64,000 bases of DNA from Candidatus Omnitrophota bacterium (GCA_016935115.1 JAFGRN010000002.1:3748-67747), one strand, 5' to 3'. Numbered from the stretch's first letter, positions 19,221 to 29,913 are shown. Notes: a model not told the origin generated them from the sequence alone. Made by a program: numbers and translations.

Positions 19221-20211
19221 TCGAGTTGACAGATCTTCTTATTTCCCGCATGCGCATAGAATTCCATATATCGTAAACACTCTCTAAAAATATGTTTCCC
19301 ACTATCAGTGTGGCGCCATACCAATGGCAGCACGGATGGACCGTACCGTCGTGATATATGGTGAGTCTTTGATATGGTTGAGGGCACGGGCCCGGATTTT
19401 TCAGGTCCTTGCTCTCTATATAGAACATCTCCTGCTGGGCATCTCTGCTTGGATAGCCCTGAGCGGGATTTATATAAGCCTGTATGGATACAAAGTCCAC
19501 TTTATCCTTCCAGCTCCGCACAAATTCGTCCAGCTCACGTTCATTTATTTTACTCTTCACGAAAGATACCCTCGTTACCGGAAGCATGCTCTTCAGCTTG
19601 CGCTTCATGGCCAGCAGGGACCTGATATTGGATACCACCCGCTGCAGGTCTCCTCCCTTACGGACAATGCGATATGTAGATTCTGTCGCGGCATCGATCG
19701 AAAAATAGAGCTTTGTAAGTCCGGCGGCTATCAGCTCTGCCGAGAGCTTCCCGGTAAGCAATGTGCCGTTGGTAATCAATATGACGTCCAGGACACCCGC
19801 AGACCGAGCATATGCCACATAGCGGGCTATGTCAGGAATGAGAAGCGATTCGTTGTTCACGCCGAATGTCACCGACCGGAGCCCGCGGCGGATCCCATCA
19901 TCTATTATCTCTTTATATTTGGCGAAGTCGATACGCTTGCCCCTGTTATCCGGATGATAAGGATTGGACGGCTCAAGTTCGCCTGGATCCACCTGCAGGA
20001 TGCACTGCGGACATTGCAGGTTGCATGCCGCGGAGAGCTCAAAGTCGAGATGAATCGGATAATCCTGCACAAGCTCGCAATTGGCGGCCTTTTCCCAGCA
20101 GGCGCGATATTCGCGGTATGGCGCACCCAGAACCTGAGCGACCATGGCATCAGGGTCTTTTGTATACTCAAACTGTTTCCAGCGCTTGACCGTTTTCATA
20201 ATCTCTCTCAA
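19150..20211 (-). CDS. radical SAM enzyme with C-terminal SPASM/twitch-type Cys-rich domain
   Basis: CNLQCPQC radical SAM motif plus a C-terminal …GPCPQPY…HPCCHWYG auxiliary-cluster region. Confidence 0.7.
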   Translation of the reverse strand: MREIMKTVKRWKQFEYTKDPDAMVAQVLGAPYREYRACWEKAANCELVQDYPIHLDFELSAACNLQCPQCILQVDPGELEPSNPYHPDNRGKRIDFAKYKEIIDDGIRRGLRSVTFGVNNESLLIPDIARYVAYARSAGVLDVILITNGTLLTGKLSAELIAAGLTKLYFSIDAATESTYRIVRKGGDLQRVVSNIRSLLAMKRKLKSMLPVTRVSFVKSKINERELDEFVRSWKDKVDFVSIQAYINPAQGYPSRDAQQEMFYIESKDLKNPGPCPQPYQRLTIYHDGTVHPCCHWYGATLIVGNIFLESVYDIWNSMRMREIRRSVNSNDNKTPRECRICREAVFGERYAR

Positions 20212-21377
20212 TCCCAGATATTATCTTTGGCCCAATTACCGTTTACATCTTTCCACCATACCCGCGGATCCCTGAAGGTATCGGCTATTCTGTCAAACTC
20301 GCTTTCTGACATGCCCACATACGGAAGCCACCGGCGCAGGTCCTTTGACTTGACATGGTCCATACGGCGCACGATCTCGATGGCCTCGGGGCGGGAGATT
20401 CTTCCGGCCCTTATGTCTTTACAGCAATGGTCTGTGGCCCGGCCATACCCGAACTTTATGAACTTCATATAGTCGTGGATACCGTTCTCATGCATATCAT
20501 CCAGATTGGAGAGCGTCCGGTAAGTGCGTTCGAACGGCTCATCAGCGCCTTTGAATCCGTACTTATCCACCATGAGATTGCCATGCTCATTGGCCTCCCA
20601 CTTGAAAAAATTGGATACATATATTCCCCTGACGCCCACTCTCTTGATCTCTTCATCCGAAGGATACATCCACGGTATGAGATCTGCGGGTTTGAGCCCC
20701 TCGGCCAGCTCGGGCCTGCCCAATTTCCGCAGGCCGTCATCGGTCATGTCGTACCACTCGTATCCCCGCAGGCAATGTTCATGACGATAACGATATGTAA
20801 ACTCGACCATGTCCCTGTAGGAGTGCATCCCTCCCAGATCCATGAACCCGTGCTCACCCCATATCATGAGCGGTATATTCATCTGTACAGCAACACGGAT
20901 CGGGTACGTGAATATGCCGGCATGCGCATGCCAGTTCATGTCGCCCATGAGCCTGAACCCTATCCTGTTCAGCTTTATCAGAACATCTATGCTCGGAGTG
21001 AAGAATATGTGATCCACGCCGAATACCTTCCGCATATTGACCAGATTCTCCATGCCCGCGGGGGTATAGTTATTCCCATGATATGTAACAAGCAGGGGGT
21101 TCAGGCCGTAAATCTTCTTTATTATGTGAATCTGATAATAACTGTCCTTTCCGCCGCTCACGGGGATTATGCAGTCGTAATTTCTCCCGTCCTTTGAACG
21201 ATACTCCTCTATCATCTCTTCAAACATTGCCTTGCGCCTGTCCCAATCCACGTGAACCCTTTCAAGCGCCGTACGGCAACCGCTGCAGGTCCCGTTGTCG
21301 TCGAACGCAAGCGGGACCGCCGATGATGCCGGATACACGCATTTTCTGCACCAACGCATCTTTGGGGGCCTGTTCAT
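20208..21377 (-). CDS. N-acetyl sugar amidotransferase (WbuX/PseA family), second copy
   Basis: N-terminal Zn-ribbon CRKC…CSGC and PP-loop SGGKDSYY; paralogous to 5965..7077. Confidence 0.75.
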   Translation of the reverse strand: MNRPPKMRWCRKCVYPASSAVPLAFDDNGTCSGCRTALERVHVDWDRRKAMFEEMIEEYRSKDGRNYDCIIPVSGGKDSYYQIHIIKKIYGLNPLLVTYHGNNYTPAGMENLVNMRKVFGVDHIFFTPSIDVLIKLNRIGFRLMGDMNWHAHAGIFTYPIRVAVQMNIPLMIWGEHGFMDLGGMHSYRDMVEFTYRYRHEHCLRGYEWYDMTDDGLRKLGRPELAEGLKPADLIPWMYPSDEEIKRVGVRGIYVSNFFKWEANEHGNLMVDKYGFKGADEPFERTYRTLSNLDDMHENGIHDYMKFIKFGYGRATDHCCKDIRAGRISRPEAIEIVRRMDHVKSKDLRRWLPYVGMSESEFDRIADTFRDPRVWWKDVNGNWAKDNIWD

Positions 21378-21378
21378 G

Positions 21379-22167
21379 TCAATTCGTCCTCACGCCTATG
21401 CCGTTCCTGATCATATTATCTTTGGCCCTCGGATATGCCATTTCGGTAAAATGAAATATATTGCCGGCCGCGACCGCCGATACCGTGGTATTGCGCGCGA
21501 CATCGATCAGATCGCGGAATGTCCCCGCGCCCCCGCACGCTATCACCGGTATCGTCACGCTCTTCGCCGCTTTTCCGATCATACCGACATCGTAACCGTT
21601 CGCCATCCCGTCCCGGTCGATCGCATTTAAGAATATCTCGCCCGCGCCGCGTTTCTCCGCCTCGACAGCCCAGGCTACAGGATCGAGATCCGTCTCTTCC
21701 GCGCCGCCCTTATAGACCTTCGGAGCGCCGTTCATATACCTGTAATCTATCGAGACGACTATGCATTGCGAACCAAACTCTCTGGCGCTTCTCGTAATGA
21801 ACGACGGGTCCTCGATCGCCGCAGTATTTATCGTGACTTTGTCGGCGCCGCGCCTGATCCTCTCGCGAATGTCCTCGAGTGTCCTGATGCCCCCTCCGAA
21901 TGTGAGCGGCGCGAAGCAGACCTTCGATATTTCACGTATGATATCCAGGATGTTATTCTTTCCCGTCACCCTGAGATCGTCCCGGCGCAGGTCATAATAT
22001 TTCTCCCTGCTGATATCGACATATATGAGCTCGTCGACATTCCAGTCGTTGTAGCGCTTAACCTCGTCGAGCGGGTTGCCCAGGTTCTGATGGTAGCTGA
22101 ACGTCTCGCTCCTGACGATAAGGCCATTCTTCAAAAATAGCACGGGAATGAGCCTGCGTTTCAACAT
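21379..22167 (-). CDS. HisF-like cyclase subunit (WbuZ-like), second copy
   Basis: HisF-like TIM-barrel sequence (…GADKVTINTAAIEDP…IPVIACGGAG…). Confidence 0.7.
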   Translation of the reverse strand: MLKRRLIPVLFLKNGLIVRSETFSYHQNLGNPLDEVKRYNDWNVDELIYVDISREKYYDLRRDDLRVTGKNNILDIIREISKVCFAPLTFGGGIRTLEDIRERIRRGADKVTINTAAIEDPSFITRSAREFGSQCIVVSIDYRYMNGAPKVYKGGAEETDLDPVAWAVEAEKRGAGEIFLNAIDRDGMANGYDVGMIGKAAKSVTIPVIACGGAGTFRDLIDVARNTTVSAVAAGNIFHFTEMAYPRAKDNMIRNGIGVRTN

Positions 22168-24195
22168 CTATGCCTCTTCCGCATAACTCATCCGCCTTCT
22201 CATGCCGGGAGTATTGGTATGCCTGAAAAAAGACTGTTTCCATTCCGACGAATTACGAAGCTTCCTGCCTCTTTCATGAATATCGTTAAAGTGCGCTATA
22301 TTGGGAACCGACAATTTCAATCTTACGGGAGCGCATTTGTATCTGCCCAGCCTGTCCCTGTAAGACCCTCTCGCCCAGCTCAAGACATCGTGATTGAGTT
22401 TTATATAGATATTTTCCTCTTCCTTCTTCTCGGGGTTCAGGACCATATTCATGGCCAGCTTCTTCAGATCACGGGCCGCCGAACTGAAATCTCGCGCCTT
22501 GATATCGTCCTTATCGTCCAGCAGGACAGTCATAGCATCTATATATTCGTCGATACCCTTATCAAATTTATCGCCGAATACGAACTCTCCTATAAGCACA
22601 TGCCTGAACCTCGTGGGAGGGAAAGGCTTTTTTGAATCGATGATGGACTTTACATGCCTGTAGACCCCTTCCGTCGATTCGAAATAGACACCCTTCACCT
22701 TTCCGGCATACTCGGAGAAGAGGCCATTGAGTATCGGGTACTTATCAGACGAGCCGATTATTTCATCGAATATCCTTATCGGCTTTATCCCGTAGGTAAA
22801 GCCGTGATAAGCAAGCTCCCTCATATAACCGTAAAATAGCGTGATGGTGACGTAAAAATCGACCGCGTAAAGTTTATAGTGCTCCTCGGCCGTCATATAC
22901 TTCGAGCTCTTGACATGTTCCTCGCATTCACAGATCAGTTCTTCGTCAATAATGGATAGCGCATCCGCGCCCAGGGTGAAGTGTGATTCAAAACCATGTT
23001 TAGCCCTGCTATCCTTCGAAGCAAGCTCCGTGTTAGGCAAAAGCCACACTTCATGGCAGCCTACGCCATCGACCCGCAGTTCATATACATCGTTCACGCA
23101 CCTGGTAAAAGTTTCGTATGTCTCTCCGGGAAATCCGTGCAGGATCTCGGTTCCGGTAACCATATTATTCTCTTTAGCCCAACGGAACGCTTCGGACATC
23201 TCCTTCATCGAACAGTTTCTTCTGTTGATGTTTTTAAGAACCTCGGGAGTGGTCGACTGCAGGCTGATATTGTACGGTATGTGCTCCTTAAGCGCCAGGG
23301 CTACCCTCCTTACGCGGTCGTTCGTCGCTTTGTCCGTGTAGACCTTCAATGCTTCCGGATACCCTTCCTTTGAATATAGCCTTCCTATGAATTCGGCCAA
23401 TTCCACATCCCGGTCCAGGATGCCCAGATTATCGTCGGTGATGCGAAAGCTGCGGTTCTTTGCATGCTTCTTGATATAGAGGATCTCGTCCTTCGCCCTC
23501 TCCAGCGAAAAAGGACGGATCTTCGAATAAACTTTCTCTCCGGAAACACAGTAGGAACAGCGGTACGGGCATCCCCGCATCGTCTGAATAACCGGCATGA
23601 GCATTGGATCGCCTAAAAATTCATCCGTAGCTCCCGTCAAATAAGGTGAGGGTATCTCGTTGACATCCCCGAGAAGCGGCAGCAACAGGCCAGACGATAA
23701 CCGGCCCCTATCGTATGTAAAACAACCCTGAATCGGATCTGAAAATATGTTCTGTCTCGAAAGCGCGCCCATCACACGCTCCAGAAGACGAACCATCGGC
23801 AGCTCGCCTTCATACGGAATGTACACGTCAAACAAGCCGCCGTATCTATCGGCATAACGCTCTCTTATATTACCCTCGTTCGCCGGGATATTTAACCCCC
23901 CTGCCACAAGAATGGCATCCGGATGCATTCTTCGGACAGCCCTTGCGAACCATATGCTGAGATTTTCATTCCACGCGTATATACCGAACCCCGCTACATC
24001 GGGTTTCTCTATCTTTATCCTCTCGAGCAGCGCGTCGGGATAACGAAATGTGCGGATCTCCACGCCACCCTTAAAGTGCTTTTGAAGCATCGCCTTGACG
24101 TAAGAGATACCTATGGGAACCGTCGACGGGCTGATGTTGAAATAGGTATGCCCCAGGTCTGCTAAAAATATTTTCAAACGCGCTTTCGTATCCAC
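22168..24195 (-). CDS. large (675 aa) cobalamin-binding radical SAM enzyme, inserted between the HisH-like and HisF-like genes
   Basis: MRGCPYRCSYC with a B12-binding-like N-terminus; a member of the three-gene 675-aa paralogue group. Confidence 0.8.
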   Translation of the reverse strand: MDTKARLKIFLADLGHTYFNISPSTVPIGISYVKAMLQKHFKGGVEIRTFRYPDALLERIKIEKPDVAGFGIYAWNENLSIWFARAVRRMHPDAILVAGGLNIPANEGNIRERYADRYGGLFDVYIPYEGELPMVRLLERVMGALSRQNIFSDPIQGCFTYDRGRLSSGLLLPLLGDVNEIPSPYLTGATDEFLGDPMLMPVIQTMRGCPYRCSYCVSGEKVYSKIRPFSLERAKDEILYIKKHAKNRSFRITDDNLGILDRDVELAEFIGRLYSKEGYPEALKVYTDKATNDRVRRVALALKEHIPYNISLQSTTPEVLKNINRRNCSMKEMSEAFRWAKENNMVTGTEILHGFPGETYETFTRCVNDVYELRVDGVGCHEVWLLPNTELASKDSRAKHGFESHFTLGADALSIIDEELICECEEHVKSSKYMTAEEHYKLYAVDFYVTITLFYGYMRELAYHGFTYGIKPIRIFDEIIGSSDKYPILNGLFSEYAGKVKGVYFESTEGVYRHVKSIIDSKKPFPPTRFRHVLIGEFVFGDKFDKGIDEYIDAMTVLLDDKDDIKARDFSSAARDLKKLAMNMVLNPEKKEEENIYIKLNHDVLSWARGSYRDRLGRYKCAPVRLKLSVPNIAHFNDIHERGRKLRNSSEWKQSFFRHTNTPGMRRRMSYAEEA

Positions 24196-24208
24196 ACTCG
24201 CTCCGACG

Positions 24209-24832
24209 TTAACAGCAGACGGCCTCTTTTACCTCCGCGAACCGCCTGAGAATACCCAACCCCGCAGCCTGACTCTTCTCGGGATGAAACTGCACCGCAT
24301 AGATATTGCCTTTTTCAATCATGGCCGTAAACTCCAATCCGTAACGGCACGTTGCTGTAATTATCCGGCTATCCGCGGTATCGACATAATAGCTGTGGAC
24401 AAAGTACATGTCCGGGCTGCCGGAGGCATCGAGGAGGCGGTTACCGCGCCTGACTGTTATATCATCCCATCCCATATGGGGTATGCAGACACCCGTATTA
24501 TCCGGGATGCGCCTTACAACAGCGTCTATCCATCCGAGCCCATCATGGCGCCCGAACTCGAAACTCTCCCTGCATATGAGCTGCATGCCGAGGCATATGC
24601 CTAAAAACGGCTTATTCTGTTCTATAACCTCTTCCCGGAGCGCTTCAATGAATCCTCTTTTTCGGAGCGCTTCCATGCCGACACCGAATGCCCCTACTCC
24701 TGGGAGGACTATCCTGGAACAGGCGGAGAGATCATCCCTCTTTTCAATTACCTGGGCGGCGGCGCCGACATATTCGAAACCGTTAAGCACCGACTGGACA
24801 TTGCCCATACCATAATCAATAATACCTATCAT
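24209..24832 (-). CDS. HisH-like glutamine amidotransferase subunit (WbuY-like), second copy
   Basis: MIGIIDYGMGN start, catalytic GICLGMQ, and FHPEKS. Confidence 0.75.
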   Translation of the reverse strand: MIGIIDYGMGNVQSVLNGFEYVGAAAQVIEKRDDLSACSRIVLPGVGAFGVGMEALRKRGFIEALREEVIEQNKPFLGICLGMQLICRESFEFGRHDGLGWIDAVVRRIPDNTGVCIPHMGWDDITVRRGNRLLDASGSPDMYFVHSYYVDTADSRIITATCRYGLEFTAMIEKGNIYAVQFHPEKSQAAGLGILRRFAEVKEAVCC

Positions 24833-24834
24833 TG

Positions 24835-25881
24835 TTATCCTTTACCGGATCTGCCGGAATAAAAATGAGAGAGCTTCAGCGGTGTCCCGCGGCGAAGCGC
24901 CCTGCCGGCACGTTTTCCTATAACCGTCTTGATATGCACCGGAGCGATGCCATTAGCCGGGCGTATCGAACGGATATTGCCGGCCGTCAGGAGAGCTCCC
25001 TTCTTTATATCCTCTACGATAAAGAGCGACCTGCGGAATATGCGATTCTTCTTCTCCCCGGCGGTGAGCTTATAGGACACATCCCCCGACGCCTTCTCGG
25101 CTGTACGCACATCCTGCACCAGCTGCTTCATCTCATCCGGCTCAAGCGAGAAAAAACTGTCGGGTGTCTTCATCGCCCTGGATAGCGTGAAATGCTTCTC
25201 TATGACCGATGCGCCGAGCGCTACCGCTACAACCGGCACTACAGCGCTCAGGCTGTGATCGGAAAGGCCGATGGGGCATCCGAAGCGGGAGCGCATGTCC
25301 GGTATGGTCCTCAGGTTCATCTCTTCGGGAACGGCCGGATAACTGCTGACGCATTTCAGGAGTGTGATGGACCCCGCGCCATGCGAACGCGCAGCCGTAA
25401 CCGCCGCGCGAACCTCTTTCCTGCTGGCCATTCCAGTAGACATAATCAGCGGCTTCTTCGTTCCGGATACGTACTCGATCAATGGTATGTCGATGAGCTC
25501 AAAAGACGCTATCTTGTGCGTCGAAACGCCGAGCTCCTCCAGAAAATCCACGGAAGTAGGGTCAAAAGCGGTCGACAGAAATCCCAGCCCTTGGTCGTCC
25601 GCCTCTTTCTTCAGCTTTTTGAACCACTTCCATGGCGTATACGCCTTGCGGTACAACTCATACAACGTCTGGCCTCCCCATCTGGGATGGTCTATCCTGA
25701 AGTGCCCGAGCGCGCTGTCTATCGTAAGCGTATCTGGCGTATAGGTCTGAAATTTCACCGCATCTACACCGCACGCCCTGGAAGCGCGTATGAGCTTAAT
25801 AGCAGTCCCTATGTTCTGGCCGTGATTGGCGGAAATTTCGGCTATGATAAATGTTTTCTTATCTCTGGATACATTCTTCAT
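24835..25881 (-). CDS. NeuB-family nonulosonate synthase (PseI-like) with C-terminal SAF domain
   Basis: KTFIIAEISANHGQN…VDAVKFQTY motif and a C-terminal antifreeze-like domain. Confidence 0.75.
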   Translation of the reverse strand: MKNVSRDKKTFIIAEISANHGQNIGTAIKLIRASRACGVDAVKFQTYTPDTLTIDSALGHFRIDHPRWGGQTLYELYRKAYTPWKWFKKLKKEADDQGLGFLSTAFDPTSVDFLEELGVSTHKIASFELIDIPLIEYVSGTKKPLIMSTGMASRKEVRAAVTAARSHGAGSITLLKCVSSYPAVPEEMNLRTIPDMRSRFGCPIGLSDHSLSAVVPVVAVALGASVIEKHFTLSRAMKTPDSFFSLEPDEMKQLVQDVRTAEKASGDVSYKLTAGEKKNRIFRRSLFIVEDIKKGALLTAGNIRSIRPANGIAPVHIKTVIGKRAGRALRRGTPLKLSHFYSGRSGKG

Positions 25882-25884
25882 CGA

Positions 25885-27117
25885 TCAGGCAGCCTGTTGT
25901 TTAATGTCTTCTTTTGTCGGTTTATATGCCATAAAATACATCATCCCGAGTCCGTTCGTACCTTTGAATATATGCCTTGATCCCAATATCCTCTTTTTAA
26001 TAGCAACCTTATCTTTACGTTTCAGGGGCCTGATGATAGCGCAAAGCTCCCTGAAGAATGGATCCTGTTTTTTGCCAATACGCCTCATTAAATCGACCTT
26101 GCCGACCGCCGAACGATACCTGCGTATCATGTCAAGAAAACTATCACAATTAAATGGTGAATTAGGAGAAAAATCATTAACATAGTCTATGAGATCGTAC
26201 TGTGTTTCGGCCAGTTTCCGGAATGAATCCAGAAGCCATGGGACCTCTTTAATATCGTCCCTCTTATGAGTCATCCAGAGCGCTTCCGCCAGGACGCCTA
26301 TGTCCGGATACCTCTGTGCCATGGTCGTCGGGCGCATGCCGGAATCTCCGAACACGGGTAACAGGATGGGTGGATACGACGAATAGTACCTGAGACCCTT
26401 ATCCGACATCCATTTGAGCACTTCCGACACGGCAGGATAATCGGTCTTGGGATTTACAAATTCGTCATAGATAATCGCCCGGCGCGTCCTCTTGCCGAAT
26501 TTCTGGGCCCTGGAGATATCTTCACGGAACAATTCCTCGGCTACGTCAACTATATCTTCCTCTGTCCTGGCAAAACGGAATATTATCGCCCTCTGGAGCA
26601 TCCTCTGGAAACAACCAGCTTTGGAGTTTATTCCGAGGAAAAGATATCCTCCTTCTTTCAGGTGATCATTCATTATCGAAAAAGCGCCTTCTTTGTCGGA
26701 GGTGTGATGAATCGCTCCGTTGGACACGACGATATCGTACTTTTTCCTATCACTGAAGTCGAAGATGGATGAATTGATAATCTTATGTTTTTTCGGATGC
26801 GGCGCGAACTTATCGAAGATCATCCTTGCCCGGGCGCATGCCAGGTCATTCATCTCTACGAGCGTGCAGGTAGCCCCCCACCTTGCGTACTGGACGGTGT
26901 TCTCCCCAGTCCCCGCGCCGAGGTCTATGAGCGTCTTGCCAAGGAACATATCGATGGGAAAATGCAGGAGATCCCTGAATAGCCTGACTCGCTTGCTTTC
27001 CCAGCTGTGAAAATCTTTCTGCGACCTGTCGATGAAATAAGTTGAAGGATTCTCCTTCCTGTATACCTTAAGCACTCTCTTCTCCATCGACCTGGTCTTT
27101 TTTGCTGTCATACGCAT
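25885..27117 (-). CDS. class I SAM-dependent methyltransferase with C-terminal extension (410 aa)
   Basis: SAM-binding motif I LIDLGAGTGENT and an acidic loop VEMND. Confidence 0.6.
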   Translation of the reverse strand: MRMTAKKTRSMEKRVLKVYRKENPSTYFIDRSQKDFHSWESKRVRLFRDLLHFPIDMFLGKTLIDLGAGTGENTVQYARWGATCTLVEMNDLACARARMIFDKFAPHPKKHKIINSSIFDFSDRKKYDIVVSNGAIHHTSDKEGAFSIMNDHLKEGGYLFLGINSKAGCFQRMLQRAIIFRFARTEEDIVDVAEELFREDISRAQKFGKRTRRAIIYDEFVNPKTDYPAVSEVLKWMSDKGLRYYSSYPPILLPVFGDSGMRPTTMAQRYPDIGVLAEALWMTHKRDDIKEVPWLLDSFRKLAETQYDLIDYVNDFSPNSPFNCDSFLDMIRRYRSAVGKVDLMRRIGKKQDPFFRELCAIIRPLKRKDKVAIKKRILGSRHIFKGTNGLGMMYFMAYKPTKEDIKQQAA

Positions 27118-27118
27118 C

Positions 27119-28867
27119 CTATGTGTTTAAGACATCATCCTTGTCATTAACAACAAGATAATTCTCCATCGCCAGATATTTCAATCCACTGTCCCGGAAT
27201 GCCCTGAGAGCGTCGTTCGGCGTGCAAACTATAGGCTCCTCATGCATGTTGAAGCTGGTATTAATGAGGCTCGGGTTCCCGGTGAGCCTGTAATATTGAG
27301 TGAGGATCTTATGGAACGACGGGTTTGAATTGCGGGATACTAATTGCGGCCTGGCTGTCCCGTCGACATGCACCACACCGGGCGAGTGCTTCTTCATCCA
27401 TGGCGTGCAATCAAATGTGGTGGTCATATGCAGGGCCCGTTCCTTATAATTCGCGATCCTCCTATAGCATTTTTCGGCCGCTTCCCACAGGGTCGCCGGA
27501 GCAAAGGGCATAAACTCGCTTCTCCTGAGGGCTTTATTGAGCCAATCATTGACGGTTCTGTCCATAGTTCCGTACAGTATAGTGCGGTTGCCGAGAGCCC
27601 GTGGGCCATATTCCATTCTTCCCGCAAAACGCATTATGCAATTATTATCCTTCAAAAGCTCCGCTATCCTGACTTCAATATCCGAATGATAGGAAGACGA
27701 ATATCCGAACCTCCTGATCTCTGAAAGAACTTCCCTGTCGCCGAACTTCGGCCCCCTGTAAAGAGATCCTATCTTTACGGGCTTAAGCCTCTTCTGAAGG
27801 GCATAATAGTAGAGGGCGCTGCCGGCCGACATCCCGCCGTCTCCCATCTGCGGATAGACAAACAGGTCTTTTATCCCGGCCTTCTCCCTTATCTTCTGAT
27901 TCAATAATACGTTGGCAAATATACCGCCCGCAACCGTGACCTTCGAACCTTTTGGAATCAGGTCATTCACATACTCGAGGACAACCCTTTCCAGGACACG
28001 CTGGGCCGCCGCGGCGACATCTTCGCGCTTATATTTTTTCACGATCTCCTCAAGACGGGTATTTTCAAACTTTGCCGCGTACAGGCCGGCCTCAAAACCC
28101 CCTTCAAAAGCTTTTCTGACCCCGTTATAAGAGATCATCTTTCTCATCCACGGCATGGCCCTGTCGGCATCTCCGAGGGCGGCAAGCCCCAGCACCTTAC
28201 CCTCGTGGCGATGAGGGATGAATCCGAGGGCCTTTGTAACACTGCCATAAAAATACCCGAGCGAATCGAAAGAGTTCGACAAAGCTATCTTTTCTATGCG
28301 TCCCTTGCTTCCGCGGCACAGGATGTTGGACTCCATCTCACCCCAGCCATCCGCGGTCATTACATAGCAATCGTCCCAACCGCTGGCATAGTAGGCGGAG
28401 GCAGCATGGGACATATGATGCTCCACCACCTTTATCGGTTTCTTGAATTTTTTGAATTGCCGGATAAGGCTTATATTTCGCTCGAAAACTACGTGTTTCT
28501 CGTGCTCATAGCGCTCGCGGATCTCCTTCAGTTTATACGCCTTGAGATCCTTTGAAAGACACGATTTGCTTATCTTATCCTCAACGTACGAGAACTTATC
28601 GCGCATAAGCCCGACTTCGGCATCCAGGCCGTGATTGATAAATTCTATCCCATCCTCGCTGGAACAGTATCCCTGCGTCGCGATAACATCGACATCCTTC
28701 ATGGATATTCCCGCGTCACGAAGCACCCACTCTATCGAGCGCCGGGGAATCCCGTAGAAGAGCTTAACCCTGTTAAGCCGTTCCTCGTTTATCACACTGA
28801 CGAGCTTCCCGTTCTTTACGATGCATGCTCCCGCATCAGACAGATAGCTTATACCAAGTATGATCAA
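27119..28867 (-). CDS. carbamoyltransferase, NodU/CmcH family
   Basis: MIILGISYLSDAGACIVKNGKLV…EERLNRVK and EHHMSHAASAYYASGWDD…ADGWGE are hallmarks of NodU-type O-carbamoyltransferases. Confidence 0.8.
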   Translation of the reverse strand: MIILGISYLSDAGACIVKNGKLVSVINEERLNRVKLFYGIPRRSIEWVLRDAGISMKDVDVIATQGYCSSEDGIEFINHGLDAEVGLMRDKFSYVEDKISKSCLSKDLKAYKLKEIRERYEHEKHVVFERNISLIRQFKKFKKPIKVVEHHMSHAASAYYASGWDDCYVMTADGWGEMESNILCRGSKGRIEKIALSNSFDSLGYFYGSVTKALGFIPHRHEGKVLGLAALGDADRAMPWMRKMISYNGVRKAFEGGFEAGLYAAKFENTRLEEIVKKYKREDVAAAAQRVLERVVLEYVNDLIPKGSKVTVAGGIFANVLLNQKIREKAGIKDLFVYPQMGDGGMSAGSALYYYALQKRLKPVKIGSLYRGPKFGDREVLSEIRRFGYSSSYHSDIEVRIAELLKDNNCIMRFAGRMEYGPRALGNRTILYGTMDRTVNDWLNKALRRSEFMPFAPATLWEAAEKCYRRIANYKERALHMTTTFDCTPWMKKHSPGVVHVDGTARPQLVSRNSNPSFHKILTQYYRLTGNPSLINTSFNMHEEPIVCTPNDALRAFRDSGLKYLAMENYLVVNDKDDVLNT

Positions 28868-29913
28868 TTTGGCCCATCTCCTCTTTCAAGCAGAATCTTA
28901 TTGAGAGCGGAATATGCGCGATCGGGGCTCTTGCCGTCTATGATGCGCTGGCCTATCTCAGAACACCTGCGGCGTTCCTGCCTGGGCATCAGGCCCATGA
29001 CGCATCTGCGCACATTTTCAATTATCTCGGGATCGTCATGCCATCCGGCAAATGTCATAAATCCGGCGGCTTCCCAGCCGGAAAGGTTCACTTTCTGATT
29101 ATCGGCGACGCCGATACCCACCGTAGGGACACCCATAGACGCCAGTTCATAGAGCGTCTGCCCGCCGGCCGATATGGAGATGTCCGCCTTTCCCATGGCA
29201 TCTCTCATGGCCCGGGCATCAGGATGATAGATCAGCTCCACGCCATTTCCGGTCAGCTGTTCTATCCTCCCGACCTCTTTAAAACCTTTTCCCACAATTA
29301 CCAGCACCGACAGTTCCGGAAATCCGGAGCGGAACATCTCCAGAACGCGCGGCGTCATCCGCCGCATATCCTCCCCACCGAATGTAATGAGCGCGGTTTC
29401 AGGCAGAGCCGGTATGTCCTTTTTGGGAGCTTTCCGGAATTCGCTTCGCAGGAAGGCGTACTGCGCGCCGAGAATGTAACTCATCTCCTCTCTTTTGGGA
29501 TAACCCAGTTTCTCCGAGGATATGGCGCCGTTAAGTACCACTCCTTTCGGATAATCCATCCTTTTGAAATCGTCAATATATACGGCGCATCCGGCCTCAT
29601 CGGAAACCCTTTTGTAAAAACTTCTTCCGGCCAGGTAAGAATCCAATATCACCATATCGGAATCTCGCACGTATCCGAAGAATCTATCAGCCTCATTGAT
29701 CCAGTCAAATACATGCAGGCGCTTTCCGCTTACCAGATCCGCCACTGCTTCGTCTCCGTTTATGATGAAGAACGGCTCGTCCCCATTATCCTCAAATACC
29801 TCGTACAGGGATATACACCTGGTTATATGCCCGAAGCCTATACTCGCGCTTCCTTCGGTAATGATACCGACTTTCATCCCACGGCGATCCATATTTTGTC
29901 CTCTTTGCACCAC
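28864..29913 (-). CDS. PseG-like UDP-sugar hydrolase (MurG-like GT-B fold)
   Basis: N-terminus KVGIITEGSASIGFGHITRC resembles the PseG (UDP-2,4-diacetamido-2,4,6-trideoxy-hexose hydrolase) N-terminal G-loop. Confidence 0.6.
   Translation of the reverse strand: MVQRGQNMDRRGMKVGIITEGSASIGFGHITRCISLYEVFEDNGDEPFFIINGDEAVADLVSGKRLHVFDWINEADRFFGYVRDSDMVILDSYLAGRSFYKRVSDEAGCAVYIDDFKRMDYPKGVVLNGAISSEKLGYPKREEMSYILGAQYAFLRSEFRKAPKKDIPALPETALITFGGEDMRRMTPRVLEMFRSGFPELSVLVIVGKGFKEVGRIEQLTGNGVELIYHPDARAMRDAMGKADISISAGGQTLYELASMGVPTVGIGVADNQKVNLSGWEAAGFMTFAGWHDDPEIIENVRRCVMGLMPRQERRRCSEIGQRIIDGKSPDRAYSALNKILLERGDGPN

Noticed and set aside
4507-24832. HisH/HisF-like genes as part of a histidine biosynthesis operon
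   Set aside because: No other his genes (hisA, hisB, hisD, hisG, hisI) are present. Both copies are adjacent to WbuX-type amidotransferases, which is the known glycan-specific arrangement.
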